Shown here piece after piece: positions 12,121-25,200 of a stretch of DNA of 64,000 bases (position 1 is its first letter; each line of letters begins with the position of its first letter). Location: assembly GCA_002633005.1 (NCBI GenBank), contig NMRA01000115.1:580902-644901 (forward strand). The letters are read 5' to 3'. The position numbers and the translations under genes are program-made. This stretch comes from Phoronis australis. Taxonomy: Eukaryota; Animalia; Phoronida. The notes below the pieces were generated by a model that made no database searches, was not told where the DNA came from, and saw only the letters and a program-made list of their open reading frames with translations.

Positions 12121-15100
12121 CGTCTTCCTGAAATACTGAACATTTACAGAACGAAGCGCATCGGACACACACAACAAAAATCGTTGGTCACCTTGCATTC
12201 AGTACCGTACCATGAACATTGTGAGCGTTAACTATTCCCATGATTCAACTCTTCGAAGTGGCAGTTCAATCATTTTCAGTGGCAGCCATTTTTAGCGTTC
12301 GCAAGTAAGGTCGCGAGCGAGATGTTGCAATTGCAAAAGCATGGTCTTAACTCGCTCACACATGAGACACCTATTCTTCCAACTTTGTTTCATAAAAAGA
12401 TTTTTTCCAAGTCAACTCTTTTCACACACCATGACTTCAGGTTGCATCCACCAATCGGAGAGAGCCGTGCACTTGCCTCCCTCATCACCACGACACGCGT
12501 GAACCTGTTGATACTATATGTGAATGTGTTCACCTGTCACACGTGTCTATTGGTGGTGAACAATTGGGTGGGTGTGTGCCTGATACACTATCGTTTCTGT
12601 CTGTGTCACCGCCGTAATCGTCACTAATGCACATATTAAATGACCAGCTTAGGCTAAATATATGTAACAGCCTGTCCGAACATTACAACTGAACGCAGTG
12701 CAATGGTAAACAAGTGGAGATAAAAAGGTTTATTTTTGTCTCAACAATATAAATTCATATATCCACCACTCCTCTTAACATCCACCGTGCACTGATCTGA
12801 CACCAGGCAATCCTGTCGGAAGGCTGTGAAACTTAAACGAATTTGTAATGTGGCAGCACAGTCTAAGTATGTGGCTTTGACGTGTACACGTGCCGATTTA
12901 GACGCACGTCAGTCTACTAAAAAATAATTATACCTGTTCGAATTCGTCATGTTGAACATTTCGTAAAATAGATCTTGATCAGGATTTCGCACTCACTGCC
13001 GAGTTTGCCCGTCATGGTCAGCCGAAATAGTTGAGGATTCATTTTCATTAACAAAATATATTAGTTAACTATTCTGGTACTGTGCTACCTCACAAAGCCG
13101 GAGAATTCGAGGATAACATATGTCCCAAATAAGCACTCATGGACTCAAATGAACACTATAACATGATTTTGCCCGCGATAAGGTCTACAGTTTTACGCCT
13201 GACTTTGCTGATCATGTACCACAATTCAAGTATTTTTATTTTATAAATGATTCTTATGTTTAACAACTGTAATTTTTTAATTTTTAAATTTGTCATTTAA
13301 TGTCCTTTTCTGAGAAGGTAGAACAGGCTGACTGTTGCCTCACAACTTAAACTCAACTCTTGTAACGCAGTGCGGGGCTTGATTTTGAGATTTAGTTCTA
13401 CAGTGCAAATCAGGTTACTTGTACTGTTGTACTGCTTGAGAACAGGATATAGTTTCAGTAAATTATAGTTGTCACAACGTGGTAGATTTCACTTCAAGAC
13501 ATTGGACTATCTGCATACAGTAGAAAACGTTTTACACTGCGTCTTCATGAAAGGTGACACCAATACCGGATGTGCAACGACAAAAATTGTCTTAGGCTAT
13601 GAACATGTCAAATACCGACACTATGTCATGCGGTGAAACTTCCCGTTCGTTTTTTCCTTCCTGGTTTTTCCTTACAGCGCTCTCTTGTGTATTTTTTACG
13701 AGTCCACACAGGGGAGCTTCCCCTGTTCTCTCACCCTAGCATTCACACAGGTAAACCTGTATGACCAAAATATTTATCCTTGTGCGCCCGTATTTCTTGT
13801 CATCTAATATATTACAATTCTTATTTATCGATGTATGTGTTTGGATTTTCGATACACTTAGCATTGTAGCTATTTTGTTCTGTCAAGCTAGTAATACAGA
13901 ATTGTTCACAGTCTTTATTCCGTTACGTTCATACCTTCGGAACAAAACTCTACTCTCAACTGAACATAGATAAAGTAACTCACCCAGCGACATAATTAAA
14001 AGACACACGATATATTTCGAAACATACTTGTTTCATTCTCAGCTGAAGATAAAATGACGTAGTAATGCCACCACAGAGCATAAGCTGATGACACACACAG
14101 TGGGACACGGCGGGTGTGAAATACTGTAAAGAATGACTAATGAAGGTGGGTAACAGGAAAGTCACGCAAACAAGTGTAACGTGCGGCGCCACCCTGCTAG
14201 TAAGGTCACATTTTCTTTTGTAAATGGTAATCCAAAGTTGTCAAACTGAAGTGCACTTCTCATGTCAATATCCATCCTTGTACACTGAACATCTAATAAG
14301 CATTAATTCAAAAACCTGAGTTTAATTCGCTTCAGTGGTAGAGTGTGCGCCACACAGACTAAAGGACTTTTGTTCACTTGTTATTTGACTGCCCCAGGGT
14401 GCGTAAGTGTGCAGAGGTTTCGTTACTGTGGACTATCTTGAATGGATGTGAAAGCAACAAGTTAAGCGATGAAAGTATTCGGTGAACTTGCGCTCGCTAC
14501 CTTCACATAGGGTTGGGTGAAAAGATCGTTGAAATTCAAATACAAGATAATTCTAAATGTTGTTTTTGTTCATTAATTTGCACAGTATTCGGAACAGCAA
14601 ATCGATTAAAAACGAATCTACCTGCTGGAGGCATTTTAAGTACTGCTAAAAGGCATTCTAAGTTACTAAATAATAAGCCACAGGTCACAGTCCAGCTATG
14701 GTATGGGAACAAACTTGGTAAATTCAACATGATCAGGATGAGGTAAGATAAACCGGAAAATGAAGAGAAAGACGAAGAAGGAGAAGAAGTTGAACAAAAA
14801 GAGTGGAGTACTAATGACCACACGCATGATGGGAACGTAAAAGCAGCATCAGAGGAGACCAATAAACGTCAGCACTGCGGGGCCATGCACTAACGTTAAG
14901 TTAACAATGATGTTTTCTCGGTGTCAACGACCTTTAGGACAATTTAAAAGCGAAGGTGGTTTTAATATCTCGTTTTGTTATTTTTGTCTTGTCCCATTTA
15001 TTACATGTAGGTTGTCTTATTTAGCGTATTTTGGGGAGCATCTTATGTGAAAGTTTAACTTCAGTGTTATGCCACCTTCAAAATGTTGACAATTGCGTGT

Positions 15101-15997
15101 TGTAATCCTACTCGTATACAGTTCGATAGCACATTTGCCGAAAACTTGACAAACTATCAGAATTTTGAAATTACGTTATTGTAAAACTGTACCCAGTCTA
15201 CTATGGACAAAGAATTTTGGTGTTGAACTTTAGACATAGCAGAAATTTCAATGGAGGTCATAGGTTAAAATGCTTCGAATGAAGTTAACAGGACGCGGGC
15301 AAGGAGCTCATCTGACAATAAAGCATACTCTGTCTATAAATTTTAAATAATTGGGTTGTTGTGTTTCAAGTAAGTGCCTTGATAGGTCTGAAATTATAAT
15401 TTTATGACGAATAAATATATTTATTTAGTGCTTAGAAAAAAGGCATTTGAAGAATCTAACCGGTGCTTGTTTGACAAAAATTATTTTCGGTAAAAATGAA
15501 TTTTGAATTGATGTCAGTGACTCTTGTGGATCAATGTTTCATACGAACTCACTGTCTGGCGTTTTTTTGCCACGAATTACACAGTAGGGGGCGCTTAGGC
15601 TAATCCGAAAGGCGTTATGGTTCGTTTGTTAGGATGGTTGTTGAAATAATACCATGTAGTAAATGGACTTGACAGTGCCATCACGATCTTCAGGCGATCG
15701 AAGTATTTTACAACAGAAAAATTATGAGATCCTTTTTCGCATAGAAAAACGCATATTCAACAATAAACTTAGACACCACAGGACAATATATCTGAGTTGC
15801 AGATTTCAAATCGGAAAAGACATAAAACAATTTGTTAAACGAAATTTATTATGAAAGGATCAGGGTGGTTACCATTTTAAAAACATAAACCAACTGCTAT
15901 TAATCAGCGTTTCGTCCAAGCAAACTGCTGAGTTTGACCATTTACCGCTATAAAATCGGTGCGTACTTGATTAAAATGAGAAGTGATTTACGGATTT

Positions 15998-16116
15998 GTA
16001 AAGAACTGACATTTGGTTATTGCAATAGGTCATGATCAGTGCATGAAATAACACACAGTGACATGCCAACTTGTAGAGACTGATCGGAACCAATAACGAG
16101 TGGTCAGTTCTTTATA
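15998..16116. mobile_element. MITE family B (hairpin)
   Basis: AAAGAACTGACATTTGGTTATTG ... CAATAACGAGTGGTCAGTTCTTT. Related copies lie at ~20266-20505 (with a nested GGGTCCGGGG...CCCTGGGCCC insertion) and ~30370-30435. Confidence 0.6.
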
Positions 16117-16126
16117 AGCCTGGCGT

Positions 16127-16263
16127 ACGTTCAGTAACGCTAGGACCTACGCTGTGACCTAGCTAAAATTAAGTCAGTCACGTGTTTTCATTGAAAATAC
16201 ATGGCAGTGACTCCCGTTATCTCGCGAAGTCTTGCTTTTTTGCTAGATCCTAGCGTTACTGCA
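16127..16263. mobile_element. MITE family A copy
   Basis: GTTCAGTAACGCTAGGACCTACGCT ... GATCCTAGCGTTACTGCAC; the internal sequence resembles 5574-5721. Confidence 0.7.
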
Positions 16264-17227
16264 CAGGAGGCTGGTTTCATTTCCATTTTGACTACGGAGT
16301 AATTTGAGACCACTTTCGTAACACCAAGTGGTTTAAATCAAAAGTTTGTTTTTTGTGTTGGAAAGCATTTCACTACTGTTTAGCTGTCAACGTTTAATTC
16401 CTAAACGAATTGCTTTGGGGTTGAAAATTATTCCCAGGCTCAACCGATCTTCAACTTTTTTCGATTTTGCTGACAAGTCACGTCATAGGAGATGCCTATG
16501 CATACTTGCGCCATTTTCGACTTCGCAATTCTTTGGTTGGCCAACAGTCTGAAGCGCGAACAGTGGCCCAAAGATGATATCGCGTGTTGTTTTTTTTTAA
16601 TTATCTCGGGATCTCGAGATTACGACTTACTAATCTCGAGATCTCGATTCTATCAACATAGTCTGTTTTCAAATGCCCACCGGCCTCAACTAATAAGTAG
16701 TTTGGATAAAACACGTTGCTAACTAAATTGAATGCATGGTCAGAGGCGCCGAGATGGGGTGGATAGGAGGGCCCACAACCCCTGGGGACAATGGCATTTA
16801 ATAGGGCCCGTCGGTGAAGGAGAAAAGGCAAAAAGCGACACAACAAAATACAACAGTTCCAGAGGGTTGGGCTGGTTGGCCTCGGTTGGCAAGGATAATA
16901 AAGGGTGAACCGATTTTCAGCGGCATCCTTGCCGAAAAATGGTTTGAGTAGCACCCGAGCAAAGCTGTAGTATTAAAGCTGGCGGTTCCTACTTATAATG
17001 TACTCCAAGAAGAACCTTTTCAATCGTACTACTTAAACCCTCACATTTCTGAGCCTTGACATGGTAATGGGCACATCACTTTATCATATAATTCAAATGG
17101 CAGGTGCACTGGAAAATATACATTTTATGCAATAAGGTAAATGACTAAACTTTCAACGTTTGTAAAAGCACATGCGTGAAACCGGGTATAAGTAAATGAC
17201 AATATTTATAAAACAACGAAATTTTTC

Positions 17228-17273
17228 AACTGCAAGATGTTTCGATGTCTCATACATCATCATCAGGACAATC
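17228..17273 (-). ncRNA. Minimal type-I hammerhead-like motif (Penelope-associated type), possibly decayed
   Basis: Minus strand: CTGATGA-T-GATGT(ATGAG)ACATC-GAAAC-ATC. Core boxes and a perfect 5-bp stem II are present; stem I is weak. Confidence 0.45.
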
Positions 17274-18259
17274 AATCGAGGCCATCTACAGTCTTGACCC
17301 ACAAAGTGCATAGTGGAGCACAGGACACATCATAGCAACAAAACATCAACGACAACGCTTATGTTTAGAACATCCCTCTGGCGTCATACTCATAAACTAA
17401 CATAAACTAACAGTGAGCTGGGAGTGTAGGACCAAATTTCTGTCTTAAATCTTCATTTTCAAGAAACAGACCCCTAATGCATTGTTATCGTTGTGGCTCA
17501 GCAGAAGACATTGTCTGGCAAGGGTGTCATTTCCTGTCCGGTAGACTATGAACGTTCAGGACACTATGATTGTTGCTTAGCCTCGGAGGATTAACTCTTG
17601 CATGATGTGCAGTGCTCCCCACACCATAAATCCTTGGGTGTCAAGATTTTGACACTTGCGACGTTAGCTTCGTTCAGGAAAGCCATGGGCGCGCAGTCCT
17701 TTTAGTTCAAATCGAAAATACATTCAAGTTCGTCGCTGTATTGACTTCCTTATTTGGACAGTCACCTACGTGAACTGACTAGCCTGGTAGGTGTCGCACC
17801 AGTGCAGCGTACATGTACTTACTTACCCTTCTCTGATACAGCGCCACCTATACAAAAAGTGCACTGTGAAAGAGTGTAGGTATTACTACAAAGGCTAACA
17901 CCAGCGCAGTCTATATACGCGGATAATGTGTCGCCGTATTACACAATGGAAATCAACATAGAATTTTAAAGTAGACTAAAAACGATTATTGTGATGAGAG
18001 GGCCAGTCTGTGTCGTGAGAGGGCCAGCGTTACTCCACGTCATTTCTAGCTCATGGCGGACCCGAGTCATGGCGGGGCCCGGTTTTCCTCTCAGCCAGCC
18101 GATAAGTCTCCGCATTATTCATAATGCTTTGACTTCATCCAGAGGCAATTTCAACGACAATTCCAACTCCAATTGGGTCTATAAAAGCATCTAGATGTCA
18201 AACGCAGTGGGGGGCTAAAGCCTCCCAGCCCCCCCCCCTGTGGTGCACCGCCTATAGAC

Positions 18260-18328
18260 CATGGGCGGCGCGGCACTGAAAAAGTGGGGGGCTATAGCCC
18301 CTCGGCCCCCAATGGTTCACAGCCCATG
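18260..18328. mobile_element. Short CATGGGCGGCG...GCCCATG MITE (family C)
   Basis: Terminal inverted repeats and an internal GGGGCTATAGCCCC palindrome. A second copy is at ~30777-30844 and a partial copy at ~18207-18255. Confidence 0.6.
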
Positions 18329-18562
18329 TCAAAGCATGCAACTTTTTTTGTTTAGTCGGGGAAACAGGTAATGTTCCAAAAATAATTTTGAAATTCTGCT
18401 AAGTCTTTTCCGTCTGGGCCTATATCTTTGACATGAAATAAAAGGAGGTGATATGGCGAACGAAGATTTGGTAGAATATGAAATGTTGCCACACGATTGT
18501 TGTTTACACGTGAAGAGATTAACTTAGGCATGCGCAGACGCGTCCACATCATAGATTCTTGG

Positions 18563-18680
18563 GTAGAGTTCAGTAACGCTAGGACCTACGCTAAGACTTT
18601 CGGCTTAAAAGCAAGACTTCGCGATATTACGTGAGCGATTGCCGTGTATTTTAAATGAGAACATGTGATTTTGGCCATAT
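18563..18680. mobile_element. MITE family A, truncated copy
   Basis: GTAGAGTTCAGTAACGCTAGGACCTACGCTA followed by the reverse complement of the family's internal sequence. Confidence 0.65.
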
Positions 18681-21600
18681 TTTTCTTGCGGCGAGACAGC
18701 TACCCTGGTGTCTTGGAGTTGGCTCTCTGGTCAAGTGAGGATGAGCTTCGAAGGAACGTAAGAACATGTTGTGGAAATTGAAGACATTCATGAGGCCACT
18801 AAAATCAGGTTGGCAAAGAATCAGTGGCGGATTTTGAGGAGGTCAAAAGGGCCATGCTCCCCCCCCCCCNCCCCCATAAAATTCTACGAGCTTTACTAAA
18901 TAAGTGACAACAACTAAAATTATTTAAAAATTCCACACTAGAGTTGTGAATGGCTTTTTGTGTTTATGTACGGATCTAGGATTTACTAGATGGCGTGCTC
19001 CGAAGTCTATGTAAGACTAATGAAACGTCGGGTTGGATTTGCATTAGGGCAATGAGAATGCATGACCAACGGATAATTGGATATCTGTCATGCGTGGCGT
19101 TAGGACAATTTATTGATCGATGTCATCATAATGTACATGTAGGCTATAGGGTAAAGATTTTAGTCTGAATTCACGATTTTGATGAAATCGGGCCTTAAAC
19201 ACTCTTAAGGATGCAACAATGTAAATGAATTATTTGTCGGGGTATACAAATGTCAAGGATACGTAATTTTCGAAAAACGATTAAAATTCGTGGTCATTAC
19301 TTTATGAAATTGAACCGATTTCATCTTGAGGCGATAGAGTAAAATAATGCTGTGACCTAGAGGAGTTTGCACGAATGTTGTTGCTCAAAGGAACAAAGTG
19401 CCCGCATAAAATTGCACCAAACTAATGGAAAATGGGAGTCTAAAATCGATTAAGAATCACGTGTTTCTATTAATATAGTTGGGACAATGATCCGTAGCAA
19501 GTAGAGAAGACGATAGGTAATGCGTGTCAGTGGTGTAATTTAACAATTTCCATGTTATCGTAGACTTGTATTCTACTTTGAACGATAATGAGCTGAATAC
19601 TATCGAAACCGTGATTATTACAAAACTGTACATTGCTTCTGCATGTACACTGTATGTCAAAAATGTAGAAGGACATTTTAAAGGACACGCCGGTTTTTGA
19701 CGTCTGAGATCATTGATTCATATGCGATTGACTTCTCAGTGGAGTTTTTGTCTTCAGAGTTATAAACAACAAGATCCGTTGAGTTTTTGTAATTTCATTA
19801 CTTATCGCCAATTTTCACCCTTGGTTGCTAGTCATTCGCTGAAATCAAGCTCGATAACTTTACCAGTGAGTTACAACGACGAGACCCGCCATCCGTCCAA
19901 GAGGCATAGTTAGGGCTAAGGCCAATTAAGCCAGTAAATTGGTCTCAACTGACAGTTCCTTATTCTTTAAGGATATAAAACAAATACATGTACTTGTTTT
20001 GAACGGAACTTGCAGTGATTGGGCGCACAATTACCATGATATTATTATAAAAAGGGTAGAAGGGAGTACAACTGAATGGAATTTCACACAGTCGCTCATT
20101 CACACATATAGTCGCTCGAGTTGCACAACTAAATGTTTATTGTCTACTTCAAAACAATTATCAATGATATTATAGTAAGACGAGTGGTTGAAACAGCATT
20201 ACTCGACGAATGGAAAAAGAATTTTGTTTATTCACTTTAAAGACGAGACGTGGTTTCTGGATTTGGAAAGAACTGACAATTGGTTATTGCTTGACATCAT
20301 GATTGGCGCATACTTGGGTCCGGGGTCTAAACTCTAAACTCGAGACCCAGCTCGAAAATTGACCAATTACATCACGACTCCACGTGTTTCGAATTTTGTT
20401 TTCGAGTAATAGAGCGTGATGGTTAATTTTCGAGTGTCAATTCTTATTTTTCAGATCTCACCCTGGGCCCTGGTCTCAAGCAATAACGAATTGACTGTTC
20501 TTTTATAACCCTAAAAAATTGCAAAAATAGTGAACAATTATTTTCACCCTAGCCAATGTTTAATAAAACTGAAACAAAATGTCCCGAAAAAGTATTTCGG
20601 TAGAGACAATTGAATTGTTCGTGAGTGCAAATGATTTGAGAAACCAACAGTTAATAAATGATACTGCGTCACCGGCTTCAAGTGCAATAAGAACAATTCC
20701 AATTTATCACCGAACGGACCCTAACGTCGCGCAACCGACCTCGCTAAGTTGGTCTACCGAACTTTGTAGGCTACGGTACCGTCAAAATTTCTATGAATCA
20801 ATAAAAGAACTCGCTTATTTAAAACGCAACTTATTTTCACGGGTTTTGCATGGAATTTTGATGATTTATCGGAGTAGAGCCATGAAGTCAAGCGATCAGG
20901 TGACACCAGTAAGCGTGTTGTGAACTGCTGAACAGACTGTTAGAACCTATGACGTTATCGATTGATTTCAGCACCTCCGTCTATCGTCTGGTGTCAGGTA
21001 AAAGACCTGATCTCGCTGATAGCGAGTGGAACTATCTGATTTAAAATGATGCAAATTACGTTGCTTTTTTGGTGACACTCTCTTTAAATGTAAGAAATCA
21101 TAAGTTGTAAAAACACACCAAATGCAGTTTTGAAAATTTTAACAGATATCAAAAGTCGCACAAATATTGTATGCAACAGAGAGATTGGAGGAGAATGCAG
21201 AGAAAGGGGGGGGGGGAGAGAGAAAGAGTTTCCATTCAAATACAACACTTTCCGACCTAATGGTCGGGGAAAAGACGTGACGACTTCGCTCTAAGTCAAC
21301 TTCTTCTCCGGTGGTAAATATAGAGAAGAGCTTATGGGAAGTTCCTCAACCTTCTCAGCGCGATTGCGTTCGCATTCATAGTTCGCTTCTGGGAGTGTAC
21401 ATCCTATGATTTACATTATAAAGATATTTGGAAAGAATCTGATTACACTGCTTCAACCATGCTGACTTCCCTTCTTGTTCGGGCATTCTCTTGAATGTTC
21501 AGTGGCGCAGTTCCTCATTGAAGTTCTCCAAATAGTACAGGTCCATGATGTACACCACTGCAGCATCGTCGAAAGTTACTTGCACATTCTTGATACACAG

Positions 21601-21842
21601 TATGGAAAGTATTAATAACTGGTCTCGAGCAATGACGACGTTCCAGTTCAGTTTCCAAGTCCAAAAATCAGCTCTATTTGAATAAGGACAACTTGAGACT
21701 TCTTGGATAAAGACAAGTGCTCTAAATCTTTTTGGGTACAGAAGACAACTTGATAACATCTTTCTCTTTATCTCATGTAAGTCTGAAAAGAGCATATATA
21801 ATGTTGCTAAGTTCACGTTGAACTTGAAGGAATCGACTCCAG

Positions 21843-22243
21843 GGCCCGGTCTCCAATCTTTTTACTCGAAATGGAACTCGAAATTAGGTTTGGCATTTTC
21901 TACTCTATTTTTGGCCGAACTCAAAATAAGTGTCTATTATTCTATGCTCGAGTGCACAATAACTTATGTAGATAATTTATTGCCCTTAGTTCACAGTTTG
22001 TAAACCCATTATTAAAGCAATAAGTTCGAGTTTGAACTCGAAATTTCGAGTTTTTACTCGAGTTTGTAGCACGAATATAAGGGTCTTCAAGGGCAAACTT
22101 GAACTAGAAACTCCTATGCGTAAACTATAATGTATTCGAGCACAGTCTGATAATCAATTATCTTAAGTTCGCACAAAAGGAACAGAGAAATTGCCAAAAA
22201 TAGTTTCGAGTTCGTTTCGAGTACAAAGATTAGAGACCGGTCC
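21843..22243. mobile_element. Harbinger-like MITE with CAG target duplication
   Basis: TIRs GGCCCGGTCTCCAATCTTT / AAAGATTAGAGACCGGTCC; CAG at 21840-21842 and 22244-22246; internal ACTCGA/TCGAGT repeats. Confidence 0.7.
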
Positions 22244-25200
22244 CAGGATTACAGTCTCCGAGATACATCGTAGAAAATAATGAGATGGACAAGTTAGCGG
22301 ATATCCATAGGTAGATGTGGTACACGAGTTTAAAACTTTCGAAGTGCCATTTTCATATAGAACCTTCTCATTGAATCTATTGTTGGGATGAAACTCCAAC
22401 CTTAAACTTCCTTAGTTGCTGACCTTTTCATTTTCGCTTTGGGGATCTCAGGTTGGGCTGCCGAGGGATGCAACTCCTCAGGAGGCGTCATACGACCCCC
22501 CTTCGACCGTCCCGAGTTGCAAGCATGGAAGTCGTGTATTATGATGTATTGTGTCATTTGGACCACAAAATTCGATCTTCCAACCTATTACGTGGCTACC
22601 TAATTTTCAATGTCAAGAAGACCGATGTTGATCTTAAATTTCGTTTTCAGAAATTTCCTCAAACGAAGGTAAGACAAATTGGTTATAACCTAAATGGTTT
22701 TATAATATGAGCACTCGCAGATGTACTTGCGACTTAGCCGAGAATGTTTTGAGGATTTTGAAAGGCGTATTTAAGGTTATGTAGGACCTGTGTGTTTAGC
22801 CAAACATCTTCAAAACTATTAATTTTAACTCAGTCTGTAAAATTATATATTTTCTGAAAGCGGGAAGCCTTTGAAATTCGATTTTTGACTAACTATTCAC
22901 CAAAGTGGCTTCGGCTAAGTGGCCATGACTTTTTACCAAAATTTATTTTAAAAATTGTGTTGATAGCAAAACAGTGTTGATAGCAAAAAATAACAACAGC
23001 ATGGCTAAATTTCGTTGAATATAAATATTGCAACAACGAAATCTCAAAAACACTGTTACAGTTTTATAAATTATCATTTCTTTCTTTGCAATGCTGAAAT
23101 TTTTTTCTTGAAAATCATGAAAGTGCTATTTTTATAACCCCTTATGCAAAAATAGAGCATTTTAATAACAATTGGGAACACACTCGCGGAGATAAGTGCA
23201 CAAAACATAGTATCTGAAAGTTGCAGTTGAACCGTATCAGTCATGTCTGAGATGTGATGTTCCAAATTTAGCCAAATATGTACATTTTTCTTGAGTCCTA
23301 AAACGGCTTAAAACGCAATTTTACTCATTCAGCGCATCAACCGGATAACGATTACTTTAGTCGATTCCGTCCCGATTCCTGACAGCCTTGAAAAAGTGCC
23401 GTTCCCGCTTACGCGCTGATTTATTCAATCAAACAAAATGTTTGAAGAGAATAATAAATTGAACTCAATAAGTGTACGCCATCAGGCTTATCGTAAGAGA
23501 ACTTTGGTTTGCCCTAGATTCAGCAGTGTTCCAAATCAGTGCCCCGGTGGTCGAGTGTTTTATATACTTCGATAAACGAGTTAGCAGTCCAGCTGTATTA
23601 CTTTAATGTTTAATACCAATAACAGGTAGGTCAATATTCCGGGTGCTCTCTAATTGGTGGTTTCTGGGTAAAGCAGCTGGCATCACTATGCAGTTTGGCT
23701 GGTTATTTCACTAGATAGTTTATGATGTCCAGAACCATTTTACGTAGGTTCACCAAAGATGAGTCACATTCAAACCATGCTTTATAATTAGGTAACTGGC
23801 TAATGTTTTGTTTTCGAATATTACCATCTCGCATAAATTGTCTGCAGTGGGGATTGGTATGGGTTGCATCCAGGACTTCTCATTGTCCCCGTCATTTGAG
23901 AGGGGCAGTTTTGAGTTCAGCATGGACAGATACACGAGTCCATGTACATGTAGTCCAAATGTCCACATCAATTCAGAGTGCGCTGCATGGATGCTGGACA
24001 ATTTACCGTGTCTTCATTCGATAATGTATAATCTCACCAATTGGAATGAGAGATTGTCACGTTGGGGGAAGACCTATATTTTCACCTTCTTGGAACTAGT
24101 TTTCCACTACGTCGCATGAGTATCTCTGCCAATCTAAGAAACGGCGGTATGTCTGGCACCTTCTTTACGAAGTCCCCATTTCTCACAAAGAGCCTCCATT
24201 TAGGTTTTGAAAAACAATGCCTCGCGTGCCTCGTTATATTAAGGCCTATGTCTCATTTGCATTGTTTTTTGGTTCGTTTTTTAACCTAAAAAGAGGCTTT
24301 TTAAATGACGACTACACGAATAAGGTCTATGCAGGCCTCCACATTGATGCAGCGTCACCGAACTGTGACGGAGACTCAGCGACATTCTTGCAAGCATTTC
24401 ACGCCGTAACTATCGGCGGAAAAACTGCTTCATAATCACAGAGCGCACCACAAGACCCGTTGTGCTCCGATACCGAGTTCTTCAAACAGTGTGCACAACA
24501 TACATGTAGCAACTGCTCATGAAGCCAGTCCCCTATCAGGTGACGCAGTCCATTGTCAAAGGTAGGCACATTTTCAAGTGAAGACGTGGCAAATTACTCA
24601 CTGCCCATACCCGAGCTTCCAGGGCCCTCTGAAATGGGGATGGACATCTGGTAAATCAAGACGGCAGCCCACACTGATGACACAAGAATAGCAATGTTCA
24701 AGGCAATGTCTCAAGATGCCAGGCAGCCTGCGGCCTAAGACCCGGCGCAGTTCGAGAGGCATTCTGACGTTATCACTGGTCGGGGTCAATGCACCCCGTC
24801 TCAAGGAACCTGAGAAAGGCATAATTCAGTAACAGAAATTACACTCTATGAGGTTTCTCAGAGATAAAGAAATTAGAGCCATTTCTTTTTATCTTGTGTT
24901 CACCGGAAGATTGGGATGCCAAAAATGACCAAAAAGTGCGATTTCGGTCATTTTTACCTAAATCACACATTCACGACTTCCCCGGTGCAAGAGAAGATAT
25001 CAAAGTCCGGATCCTATTTCATTCTAGATTCCATAAATTCAAGTTAAAATATGTCATTACTAACCATATTCTTGACAATTTCCACTTGTCTAAAGGGTAC
25101 CTGGATTCGCGCCAAGAATTCAGCACTCAACAAGGATGTGCTCTGTAAATGGCGGCACCTCCGTATCAGAAAATAGACAAGAGCAGAGGCCTACTTCAAA

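Noticed and set aside
14320-14470. Possible tRNA-derived SINE head (GCTTCAGTGGTAGAG); similar weak signal near 23540
   Set aside because: A-box only, with no B-box or cloverleaf; too degenerate to call.
14587-14741. Apparent AG...GT exon followed by an acidic stretch
   Set aside because: No homology recognised and no partner exons found.
18848-18876. Poly-C tract containing an N
   Set aside because: Assembly ambiguity within a MITE end, not a biological feature.
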